Assembly: GCA_951406725.2 (NCBI GenBank)
Contig: OX597817.1
Span: 19,220,001-19,284,000, forward strand
DNA from: Octopus vulgaris
Taxonomy: Eukaryota
Direction: 5' to 3'
DNA: 64,000 nt
Position numbers and translations under genes: made by a program. The number at the start of each line of letters is the position of its first letter. Position 1 is the stretch's first letter. Under the pieces are notes generated by a model, which searched no databases, was not told the origin of the DNA, and was given only the letters and a program-made list of their open reading frames with translations. Of the stretch, positions 50,339 through 64,000 are shown in pieces.

Positions 50339-50365
50339 TAATAATAATAATAACAATAATATTAA
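50121..50365. repeat. (TAC)n and (AAT)n microsatellites
   Basis: Direct reading. Confidence 0.95.
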
Positions 50366-50594
50366 TCCCTTCTACTAAAGGCATAAAATTGAGTTCTGTG
50401 TGGAGGGGACAAGTCGATTATATCGACTCCAGTGTTGAAGTGGTGCTTAATTTATCGACCCTAAAGGATGAAAGGCGAAGTCGAACTCAGCGGAATTTGA
50501 ACACAGAATATAAACACGGACGAAATGCCGCTAATTATTTATCCTGGTGCGGACTCGCCACCTTCTAAAAGATTTAAGTATTAAAAAGTTCAAA

Positions 50595-51635
50595 GGCGCT
50601 CAGCTGGCAGAAACGTTAGCACGCCGGGCGAAATGCGTAGCCGTATTTCGGCTGCCGTTACGTTCTGAGTTCAAATTCCACCGAGGTCGACTTTGCCTTT
50701 CATCCTTTCGGGGTCGATAAATTAAGTACCAGTTACGCACTTGGGTCGATGTAATCGACTTAATCCCTTGTTTGCCTCTCAGTGTTTAGCCCCTTGTAGG
50801 TAGTAAAGAAATGGGTATTATTTCCGTCCTCATGTTATGGGTTCAAATTCTACCCAAATCGACTTTATAATTGTTCCTTTCGGAGTGATAAGATGAGAAC
50901 CAGCTGAGCAGTGGGTTCGATGTAATCAACGTATTCCTTCTAACAAAGCCACTGGTCTTGTGCCAAAATTTGAAATCAGTATCAAAAAGTTCAAAGGCTG
51001 GTAGAATTGTTAGCACACCGGACAAAATGCTTGGCGGCATTATGTCCGTTCTCACATTGAGTTCACAATCCGTTGAGGTCGACTTTGGTTTCATCCTAAC
51101 GGGATCAATAAAATAAGAGTTGCGCGCTGGGATCGATCTAATTGAGATGTACTCTCCTCGAAGTTTCTAACCGTGCGCCAAATTTTGAAACATATGAAAA
51201 AATCATTAGGCGCCGAGCTGGCAGAATCCTTTAGAGGGCTGAGCAAAATGCTTAGCGGCATTTGGTCCGTTTTCACGTTTTGAGTTGAAATCTCGTCAAG
51301 ATCTACTTCACATTTCATCGTTTCGGAGTTGATAAAATGAATAGCAGTTGAACCTTCGACCTAATCGACCTGCATCCTTCTCGAACTTGCTGGCCTTGCA
51401 CTAAAGTTTGCATTCAATATCGAAATGTCCAGTAAGGCTTCGAGCTAGCAGAATCGTTACAGTGACGGGAAAATGCTTAGCGACATATCTTGCCTCTTTA
51501 ACTTCTGGGTTCCAATGCCGACCAGGTCAAATTGGCTTTTCATATTCTCGAGGTGGATAAAATAACTACCAGTCGAAGAATGGGGTCGAAATTTCTGATC
51601 TCGTGCCAAAATTTGAAACCAATATTAAAATGTTC
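50595..51635 (+). mobile_element. Head-to-tail cluster of about 5 SINE family A copies
   Basis: Heads near 50595, 50995, 51209 and 51435, with tails CCAAAATTTGAAA followed by similar spacers (AAAAGTTCAAA, AAAAATCATTA, AAATGTCCAGTAA, AAAATGTTCAGT). Confidence 0.8.
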
Positions 51636-51984
51636 AGTGAAACGTATTATCTACTATTGTAATCGGAAGCAGATGTCTGTCCAAAAACACTCATGATCTT
51701 CCTTAATTTTGTGACTGCTGCTGCTCTCTAATAATTTAAACGTTTTGGCAATAAACAGACTTTATGACAAGCATAAACACAGACGAAAGTTTCAAACAAA
51801 AACATTCACAGTTTTTTTTTTAACTTTATCTATGAGAGTTATGCATTTATGTTCGGTACGAAATCAGTGAATGTTTATTGTGTTTATACAGCGTATGTTT
51901 ATAGGAAATAATATTGTATACAGTCACACACATACACACATATATGTACACATATGTGTTTTTACATATCTGCCTGATTGTTTG

Positions 51985-53560
<1,576 letters not shown>

Positions 53561-54442
53561 TGTGTGCGAGAGAACGAGAGAGAGAGTGTGTGTGTGTGTG
53601 TGCGTGTATGTGTTTACCAAAGTAACATCGGCAGAAATAGTAGAGAACTTAAAATATTAGGATAAACAAAAACAAAAATAACAGAAATACCCTTTCACTG
53701 TCCACAAATAGAATGCAATAAGCAAAAATTTAAAAATTTCAGTATTCATTGCGGACATCTTGTGAAATAATTTGGCTTGCTTTTCTGAAAGATGTAAAGT
53801 TTACGACTTTAATGTCACATAGTTCATAGAAATACGACAGTCCCCCACCGAGTCACTGGACACACGTAACTGAGATGAGTTGCAATATATTATACAATAC
53901 AGAAGAAAACTTCTTATGAAATCGAAACCATTAGTTAGCGCCACAAGATGAATGAGTAATGCTCGAATCAATTCATAAGTATTCAATATTATATCAAAGT
54001 AACTACAAATACACACACCATACATTATTAAGAAAAAAAAAGTGTATACTTCTGACTGGTGATACGTAAAATCTAACAGTCTGAAATTCACCTGAAATTT
54101 AGGTGAAATGTTTCAGCAAATCACAATTGGCGAAGAAGCAGTCATCGCATCTGCTTGTAGATGCGTATACGAAAGTTGAGAAACCTTGGTGTTGGAGCGA
54201 AAAATATTACTGCCCCCCCCCCAAAAAAAAAACGCAGAGAAATAATAATCAATATGCTAATTTTTCGATAACAATAATATTGGTAGAATCATACCAAATT
54301 TTTTTAATCAACATGTTTAACGGACAGAGTGTTTCCTATAGTAGTGGATTCCGTCGTTCGAATTTATGATTCAGTTGGCCTGAGGAACTAAATAACCTGT
54401 TACTGAATTGACTTGCAACTGGCTGGGGATTTCTGAGGTATA

Positions 54443-55252
54443 CGGGGTGTGATCAATAAGTATCCGGATTGTTACCATACTAACGAATCTAAGACACGGA
54501 GAGTGAAGTTGGTTGGCACAGATTGGCCGTGAACTCTGCTGTGCATGCACACTAAGTTTAACGTTCTATTTCAATTCCGCTGTTTACAGAAGTGCTTTGA
54601 AAGAAGACGTGTAGCGTCTGATGGTCCCATTGTCCATGACAGAGAAAGGTATCATGGCGATACCTGCTCAGAGGCCTACGCACGTTTGCGGAAAGTGTAT
54701 TGAGATGGGCATATGAGCCACACTCAAATGTACGAATGGTTCAGACGTTTCCAAGATGGCCAAAAATATGTCGATATTGGCGAACGTTCTGGGAGACCCA
54801 CAACCAGCAGAACGGAGAAAAACATCCCGGATGTGTGTGTAGCTGTGAGGGTAAATCATTGAATCATCATCTGGGAGTAATCAGAGTATGTGCAAATTAG
54901 TTACTAATCAATCCAGCCCATTATCACTGAAGATTTGAGTATGAGACGGGTGTCTGCTAAGTTTGATTGAATCGAGAACGATGAAAACTTCCGTAGGCTT
55001 CTGAGCAGGTATCACTAAGGTTTTGGCAAAATTTGATGCAGATTCCCAGCTCAAATTTCATTGTCATCTTCAATGCGATTATCACATGCTACACACCTTC
55101 CTTCCAAGCACTGCTGTAAATATCGGAAGGGAGCTAGAATGTTAAATCTCAATGCGCATGTTCAGAAGAGTTCAAGTCCAATCTGTGCTTAGCGGCTTCA
55201 CTCTGCGTGTTTTTTGTTTCGTTATTATGGCAACAGTTCTGATCAGACCACG
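54443..55252 (+). mobile_element. Internally deleted mariner with long (about 190 bp) TIRs
   Basis: TA|CGGGGTGTGATC ... GATCAGACCACG|TA with degenerate long inverted ends; internal TCSEAYARLRKVY*D..MYEWFRRFQDG..ERSGRPTT (mariner HTH). Confidence 0.88.
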
Positions 55253-55479
55253 TACATGTGTACCATTGGCATAATTCTCAGGCAGATTAAGTGCATTCAA
55301 TTTTTGTACAATTTATTCGAAATATTCGCTTACAAGATATCGGAAAACTTGAGACTATAGAAAATTACATTTGCTCAAATGCCAGGTAGTGGGATGGAAC
55401 TCGGAAACTCGTGACTGCGATGCAAACATCTTGGACATTCGATTATACGGTGCTTACGTTTTCCTACACATATCTAAAA

Positions 55480-56750
55480 CTACACAAGAAAATTTGCAAA
55501 ACTATAGAAAAATATATGGAAAATTTCCTGGAAAAATTGATCGTACAAGAAGTACTATAACAGAGTGCGATAGAGAAAAAGTTCAAGAAAAATATTTGAA
55601 AATCAGTAAGGAACATTCACTAAACAATGATTACTCAGCTTTGGATATCATACGGACAGGTGCCTCACGCCAATTTAGACACATCAGTATAAAAAATATA
55701 CATAGAAAACACTACAAAAGAAATATCACTATGCTCATCCGGGAAGACATATTTCTTAAATTCTCAAACCGAACAAACAACCTGGACCATAAGAAATGTC
55801 TCAATTTCACTATCTACTTCCATATATAAATGTAATAAAGCTAACACAGAAAGAACTTCCAGATAAAACTAATCTAATAAGCAGCAGAAAATTAGAAATA
55901 ATATATTAACGACATAGAAGATAATATTCATAGTTAAATCAGCAGAGACTATAATAGACATTTATGGCCACACAGCAATTAAAAACTTTTCAGTACTAAA
56001 CCTAGGAAATCCTGTGTGATTTAAAATTAATGACATCAACATATGTAACTGTGAAAAAGCAATATATTTGTAATCGGATGAAGACGAATATATTACAAAA
56101 ATTATCAATTTACTCAACGGCAAACCCAAAGATATCAAGATTCAGAAAAGTAATTACCGCACAATTAAAAGTTAAACCAAGTAATCTTGTTCCGATGAAA
56201 AACACAAACAAAATGTCCATATTTTCCTTATACTGAAGGAGAATTCACCCAAAATATGTCCATAGGAAAAATATAATTTGCACAAACCGAACGAAATTAT
56301 TAAATAAGAAATTATCCATTTACAAACAATACCGGCGTCGGGAATATTTCAACCGTAGGTTGTGTACTATAGGTTGTGTACAGCAGGTTATTTTAAATAA
56401 TGTACACAAAACACCGAAAAATATAACTATCAATGCTGTCAGCTAAAATACTCCGGAAACAATTAGCATTGTGTGCTACGGCAGGATACTTTCCTTGCAG
56501 CTACTGGAAATATTCAAGTATTTATACAGATAGACTGCGCATGGACCTCCTCGTAGGGCCAATGTTCATATGGAACTATATGGCAACAAAAGAATACTAA
56601 AGAACTACTACATAAGCATCATATACACAAGGTATATGGCCGATATATTCATCATATAGTAAAAAACTGAATCATCGATAAATAAATAGAAAAGACAAAA
56701 GCAACTCTATACTCAATTTGACCACCAGAAATGTACACGTTTCTTTATGT
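55480..56750 (+). mobile_element. Decayed Penelope-like RT remnant
   Basis: Degenerate motifs near 56520-56660 resembling QxDGxxMGSPxGP and RYxDDIF (TRYMADIFI). Confidence 0.45.
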
Positions 56751-56799
56751 AAATCTTAAGTCACTGTTATATTTCATTTTTTAAACAGCATACACATAC

Positions 56800-57480
56800 A
56801 TTCACCTTCTCCGCCTACTGTTCCTGGCAGGATCGTTGGGGTAGATGTCTCGTTACTCCACATTCCAGTTGGATTCTTAAGACAATGAATACTATGCAGC
56901 CATCTCGTTCTTTATCTAATCATAGATGTCCCTCGCCCTGGCTGGTTTGGACTGAAAGATCCATCTTGCGATTCTGTCCTACAACATTCTTAGCACATGT
57001 CAGTAGTACCGCAACTGTGACCTCTCAGTGCAGAAAAGTAGTGGCTTGACATGGAGACTATCCCTGACTCTGAGTTAGGTAGCCTGTTGAGTAACACTGA
57101 TCCACAAACCATTTGGAAGAACCCCATTTGGGCCGCTTGTATTTGCGGTCGTATTCTTTCAGTCATTACTCCACATTCATGACCATAGCTAAGGATAGGC
57201 ATGAAAATCGAAATGAAGATAGTGATTGCTGAATTTTTACCAACATCTCTTCTTCTGAAGATCGAATGCTGGAGCTGGAACATTACTGACACAACCCCAG
57301 TAATCTTAGCATCGAATTCACCTCTCTTCATTTCTATCATCCGTGATTACGGCTCTGTGATACTTAAATTCCCTCCACTTATTTATTGACGTTCCATTAA
57401 TATGCAGAGTGCTCCGGGAAAGCTTCTTTGAGAGGATCAATATTTCAGTTTTCGTGACATCAGTTTGCGGGTCAAATATA
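56800..57480 (-). mobile_element. RTE-clade LINE 3' remnant
   Basis: ORF 56990-57340: IFISIFMPILSYGHECGVMTERIRPQIQAAQMGFF, a typical RTE post-RT segment. Confidence 0.8.
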
Positions 57481-58522
57481 ATACCAGCTTAAGACCACTG
57501 AAAATCTATAATATGAAAGGGATCAAAATACAAAAATAAGTGCGTATACTTATATGAAGAAAGTGCAGGGAACACGATTAATTGAAAGTCAGTGTCCACA
57601 GCCCTACGTAGAAGAATATTTAGAAAATCTCCACAAACGAAAGTCTAATTTAAGAAATTGACGCAATAAATGAAGTGGGAGCAAGTGATTTGTATGATAA
57701 TAGACCTAAATATGGAACATGTGTGTCACATACAAAACGGAGAATTTTTTCTAAAAGCGGTACATAGGAAAATTATTGACCCCCCCCCCCACACACACAC
57801 ACACTCATAAAATGTATTCTATTAATCAAATGCACTCTAAATATAGAATTGATGAAATCATTATAAAAATGTAATACAAATTGTATTTTCCAGAAGCATA
57901 AATTAAAGTAAATAGTGTAGTGCTTCACGAAGCCATTTATATTAGAAAACGAATAAAGCGCTCCTTGTAAACCTCAAGTACGTTTATAATGACTGGGAGG
58001 ATTTAGAAATTTAGAAGTACATGACTCCGATTCATATAAAAGCACAAATTTTTGGTACTCTCCTAGTGTGCTAACATGCATTTATAGCAAAGATCTGTTT
58101 TCACACAACACGCCGAAAAGAAAATCTGTATAGGAAAACGTTAGTGGTCAACGTATTTTTACTTTATAATATTCGCCAAAGAAACAATTAATGTCAACAA
58201 TTTCATAACAAAATACAATTCTAACTAATCGGAATGACAATATACAGCAGTAGGAAATAGTCACCTGCCTCATCACCGGTGACAGTAGCGGTGAAAATCC
58301 ACATTCTTGCGTGTGTATGTTCAATCTGTAATGACACATTAATCCTAAAGGTGTAAATAAAGTAAAAGAAAATGTTTTCTATATTTAGAGCAGCAGCGTC
58401 ATAAAGGACTAATAGCAAAATTTTAAATTGTATTGAATTAAGCGAGAATGTTTATTTGGGTATATTTGTATATTTGCATCATTATCTCTATATCAGCTCA
58501 CCTGGATGCCTTTCATAGCTAC

Positions 58523-58592
58523 AGTTTACCTTGCGGATTCAGTTCGCGATAAAGGTTTCGGAGTGTAAGTTCAAATCCTTTGATCACGACTA
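58523..58592 (-). ncRNA. Degenerate HHR-like motif with extended stem III
   Basis: Minus strand AGTC-GTGATCA-AAGGA..TCC-GAAACCTT..GCG..CGC-AAGGTA-AACT; the core deviates at two positions. Confidence 0.3.
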
Positions 58593-58636
58593 AGTTTCTC
58601 TATATTGAGTATCTCTGGATCTCATCTGGTGACCCT

Positions 58637-58719
<83 letters not shown>

Positions 58720-58765
58720 CATACATATATATATATATACATATCATAATGATGATGATAATAAT

Positions 58766-58837
<72 letters not shown>

Positions 58838-59240
58838 CTGTGTAAAAAAATGTTATTGCCTTAACCGAAGTTCGTACGTGTAAAATAATGGTGATGATTA
58901 TCGTAAGAGTAATATGAGAATCACACATTTTCATAATTTTTTTGTTTGATTTTATTGTCGAAAAATTTTCGACTGACTTTTTCTTGTATCATAGTGTTAA
59001 AAAGTATCGTTTTATCTAATACGATGATATCGACAAATGCCACCTGTGCTAATACATTTAAGCAGTGAATTTTCGTATCTATTTCGATGATGAACCTCAC
59101 TTTTATATCACCAAAACTATAGTGTCGGGGTATATATATATATGTGTGTAAACCCAGCCCGCTTTACTCTTTAATGTCTTCACTATGGATAAGACACAGT
59201 AAAAAAGAGCGGTGAACGTTTATTAATATACAATAATATT

Positions 59241-59458
59241 CTTTTCTACTCTAGGCAAAAGACACGAAATTTTGTGGGGAGGGTCCAGTCGATTAGATCG
59301 ATCCTCAGTACGCAACTGGTATTTAATTTATCGACCCCGAAAAGAATGAAAGGCAAAGTCGACCTCGGCGGAATTTCGACTCAGAACGTAAAGACAGACG
59401 AAATACCGCTAAGCATTTCGTCCGGCGTGCTAAAGTTTCTGACAGCTCGCCGCCTTAC
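59241..59458 (-). mobile_element. tRNA-derived SINE family A
   Basis: Reverse complement of family A; 14-bp TSD TATACAATAATATT on both sides. Confidence 0.92.
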
Positions 59459-59991
59459 TATACAATAATATTAGAAACATAATATCTAGGAATAGATCCT
59501 ATTCATACTGACTGATAAATGGCCTTGAAAAGCTTTTAAGGGAAATGTTTTATACATACATAATACGGACATAAAATAAAATTTTTATTGAGAAAGTATT
59601 GGCTATTGGTTAATTATATAAATTCACCTAATAACGAATTTATACATTGATGTAAAATTACTGGAACTAGCAAGACGGTCGGTGAGACGAAAAGTAAAGC
59701 GCGACAGAACAGAAAATGAATCTAAAAATTAAAGAGAAATTAATTTGGTTTGTTGCTATGAATATATTTGTAGACCCATGGAAATACGTTCTGATACTGG
59801 GACAATAGTCGTAGAAATGCGTAAAGAAGTCTTAATATTAGTTTCAAATTCTGGACAAGGCTAGCGATATCAGGGACGGGTAAGTCAATTACATTGCCCA
59901 ACCATTCCGTTCACAACTGGCGACCTGAAAGGATAAAAGGTAAAGTCAATAATGGTGGAATTTGAACTCAAACCGTAAAGATGGATGAAAT

Positions 59992-60660
59992 GCGTTGGTG
60001 TCGGTCTTAGTTGAACTGATGTTTAAATTGGTGTAAATGCTAACGCAGCCTTAAGACGTCCTAACATTGACGAAAACCTAGAAAAACTAGTAATTCAGTG
60101 GGTTGAGTTGCCTCGAAATAAATAACTAGTTCTAATTTTATTGGATCTTACCAAATGTGGCTATAAAATTAGCAAGTTAAATAGGCATTAAGCTTATATT
60201 CGACTATTTTCTGACGTTTAAATGCTACGTTAACCTTTGGAAAAAAGTATAAATATCATAATATCCCTACAACATGGCGACAAAAAGTATTGGTACTTCA
60301 GTGTTTTCCACCCATTAACACAAACATACAGAAAGTCTCTCAAACCAAAAAGCATAAGCAGAGTTTTAAGTAGAATTAACGTACTTATATTTGTCCATAT
60401 TCGCTTTTTTTTCTATTTCTGTTTTATAAAATAAACAATTTTTATATGACTCAACGTTTATACTAACGCACAACGTTTAGAATCAACAGACTTCTCATCA
60501 GAATATTGTTGACTCAAGCTGAAATGTTGGTGTGTACGTTCAGACCAATTAATTAATGTGTCGTCGGCAGCTGAGCTATTGCTTTAATCCGGTTCTAGTG
60601 TCATGTATGCGTCGGTGCGGGTCTTAGTTGAACTGATGTTTAAGTTGGTGTAAATGGTAA
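59992..60660 (+). repeat. About 50-bp direct repeat, about 617 bp apart
   Basis: GCGTTGGTGTCGGTCTTAGTTGAACTGATGTTTAAATTGGTGTAAATG versus GCGTCGGTGCGGGTCTTAGTTGAACTGATGTTTAAGTTGGTGTAAATG. Confidence 0.85.
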
Positions 60661-60933
60661 TAAATTTTGTCTGTTAACACAAAATCGTATTGGAGTCTAG
60701 TATATAGAAATAAAACAAAAATTATATACTGAACAAAAGAAACAAATATACGCAATAAATATAATAAAAAAACAACTAAATATATCATATGAAAATATAA
60801 ATGAAATGAACGGCAAGATTACATAGCAAACAATGTATGCCGGGGCAAATATATAGAAGAACACACAGACATATACACCATCAAAAAATACATGAATATA
60901 TAAGGATAGGAAAGATAATTAAAAATGTATACT

Positions 60934-61055
<122 letters not shown>

Positions 61056-61173
61056 GTGCACGGTTGTGTGTACTATATGTGTGTGTACATGTGTATAGGC
61101 ATGCATATGTATGTGCAATATACATACATATATATATATATATGCACACACATACATCACATACATACATACA

Positions 61174-61217
<44 letters not shown>

Positions 61218-62020
61218 CATATATGTATACATATATATATATATATATACACACATACATATATGTATACATATACATATACACACATATATAAATATAT
61301 GTACGCATAGATACACACAGAGGCACACACACAATTATATAAGTATGGGAGTGAGTTTGTGTTTGTGTGTACGCATATGCGCACATATACACGCATTATA
61401 TATGTATCTATATATGTAATATGTAATATGCATGCGTATTCCTGTAGCAGAGTGTGTGATTACGTCTGTCTTAGTGTTTACGTTTGTGTATTTAGAGAAG
61501 TAACTATTAGGCCATTAATACACAGAATCGCACGCACACACACACATATATATACATACACACGTACACACGTACGCACTTACAACCTGAAAATGGACAC
61601 ACACACACACATGCGCGCAGAAGCACACCCATATATTGGTATGGTTAAAACACTACAGACTATAGTTTCTGGAACGCTCATTTAATGTTTTGCTAGCGTT
61701 ATTCATTTAGTAGTTTTGATGGATTACAAAATGAATGATGACTTTAGGCCACAGAAATCTGGCAACAAGTAATACTGGTTTGTATGTTTCAAGCTAGCAA
61801 AACAGTTGGTGGGGAAAATATAATAATTTCAAGCTTGGATAACAAATTAACTACGATGTAAGACCAGGGATGAACTGGATTTCTGTCGAATTTGCAGATT
61901 GCCATGGTTGCAACGAAAAAAGAACATCCCTTTATATGATAAGCTCGAACTTTATTTCGAAAACTACCTAAAGTGGTGAGCTGGTGGGATTTTTTAGCAA
62001 GCTGATAAAATGCTTAGCGT

Positions 62021-62439
62021 CATAGGCGCAGAAGTGGCTGTGTGGTAAGTAGCTTGCTAATCAACCACAGGTTCAGGGATCAGTCCCACTGCGTGGCATC
62101 TTGGGCAGGTGTCTTCTACTATAGCCTCGGGCCGACCAATGCCTTGTGAGTGGATTTGGTAGACGGAAACTGAAAGAAGCCTGTCGTATATATGTATATA
62201 TATATATGTATGTGTGTGTGTGTGTGTTTGTGTGTCTGTGTTTGTCCCCCTAGCATTGCTTGACAACCGATGCTGGTGTGTTTACGTCCCCGTAACTTAG
62301 CGGTTCGGCAAAAGACACCGATAGAATAAATACTGGGCTTACAAAAGAATAAGTCCCGGGGTCGAGTTGTTCGACTAAAGGCGGTGCTCCAGCATGGTCG
62401 CAGTAAAATGACTGAAACAAGTAAAAGAGTAAAAGAGTA
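62021..62439 (+). mobile_element. Full-length tRNA-derived SINE family B nested in an old family A copy
   Basis: tRNA-like head TGGCTGTGTGGTAAG..GGGATCAGTCCC, CORE-like TTGGGCAGGTGT, internal (TA)(TG), (GTAAAAGA)n tail. Flanks 61972-62020 and 62440-62580 join into a family A SINE. Confidence 0.88.
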
Positions 62440-63616
62440 TTTCTTCTGGCTTTATGTTCTGAGTTCAAATTCCACAAGGGACGATTTTGCCTTTCATCCC
62501 TACAAGGTTGATAAATTAAATTAACACTTGAGCATCGTCTAGCAGTAGACGACTATCTTAACTTTCCTCAAAATTCCAGGCCATGGAATACACACGAATA
62601 ACATACTGATATGTATTTGTGTGTGTGTATATGTGTTTTGTGAGAGCCTGTGTGTATGTGTATGTTCAAGAAAGCAATACTGCATTAAGTATTCTTTAAT
62701 TTTGGGCGGTAAGCAATTGGGCTTAACTATCATCGAGGCGACATCTCACTCTAAACAGAGCTAGGACTGAAAACTAAAGACAGTCCTTTACCGTTAGAGC
62801 AGAAGATATTTTAGTCCTGAACAACTGCTCACATTCTACGAAGCTCCAATGCTCTGCAATAGTTTGTTGCGCACACATTAAGAAAGCGGCGGCTACTACA
62901 CATATTGGCATTTCAGAGTACAATCACACAACGAACGCTCGGCTAACTGGAACTCATCATTAACGGATACACTCCTGATTCTAGCCTACAAGCATGCTAT
63001 TACCTCTTTCTATTTCTCTTTCACCACAGTAATGACCGTTGCTTCTCGTAACTGTTCCCAGACCTTGACGAATCTGGCACCACCAAGTTATTCGTGGCTA
63101 GATCTCACTTCACATTTGTTGCATCTCGTCCCACTTATCCTTCACTATCCACGGTGATGAAACCTTCTTCCTCAGACGACCTGTGAATATCATGGGTTCC
63201 CGTCTTCCTCAAGACTCAGAAAGTAAGAAAAATATATGTCTGTATGCATGCATGTATGTGTGTATATATGCATACATACAGGCATACACAGACACATACG
63301 CGCGCGCACACGCATAAATACATGTATACATACACGTAAGTACGTAGACACATATATATACACTAATATATAGATAGGTACATAATTGCATACGTACATA
63401 CATACACATCCACTCACATATACACAGACAAACACGCACATATTTATATGAATGCATGGAACATTTGCTATGAGAAACGCTGAGCATGAAATGTGTTGAT
63501 ATCTCGTCGAGAACGAAAGACTCCGCCTTCGTAAAATATGCTCTTACATAGTTACTGGCATGTAAGTACTGTATCATTAGTGTATATACTATATTCTTTT
63601 GAACATATAATGTAGA

Positions 63617-63676
<60 letters not shown>

Positions 63677-63709
63677 TTATGTAAGTATATGTGTATGTAT
63701 ATATATATG

Positions 63710-63777
<68 letters not shown>

Positions 63778-64000
63778 TTATATGTATATATTTATATCTA
63801 TATATGTGTGTGTGTAAGTACGTGTGTGTTTGAAAATTTCTTACAAAGTTTCTTCAGAGGCAGTATTGAATAATTCATAATGTTATTCTTATTCATACAA
63901 AATTTACTGATAACAAAACACAACCTGCATATATAAACATTGTTAAAAATTTCTGATAAGAAAAAATATCTGTCCGCTAGATTTAAATACTGTCTTAGCA

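Noticed and set aside
50019-50568. Poly-Thr/Ser/Leu/Val ORFs
   Set aside because: (TAC)n/(AAT)n microsatellites.

Overview
AT-rich, microsatellite-dense eukaryotic DNA. The repeat families and TA/AAT microsatellite load suggest an octopod cephalopod genome (inference only, no search run). The only intact long ORF (16783-20601) is a reverse transcriptase/restriction-like-endonuclease non-LTR retrotransposon of R4/Dong type, inserted in AAT repeats. The rest is mostly decayed transposons: Penelope-like elements (PLEs), Tc1/mariner, Gypsy, RTE, Tx1, CR1, two Helitrons and many tRNA-derived SINEs. There is also a fossil leucine-rich-repeat gene (about 8.3-14.7 kb) and a few candidate exons. The main unexplained pattern is about ten minimal type I hammerhead-ribozyme (HHR)-like motifs from several families, repeatedly associated with inverted (fold-back) duplications. 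These include an 893-bp near-perfect palindrome of a PLE 3' end and a tRNA-headed SINE that carries an HHR/PLE-like tail and occurs head-to-head. All calls were made by eye; coordinates are approximate to within a few bases and no alignment or folding program was run.
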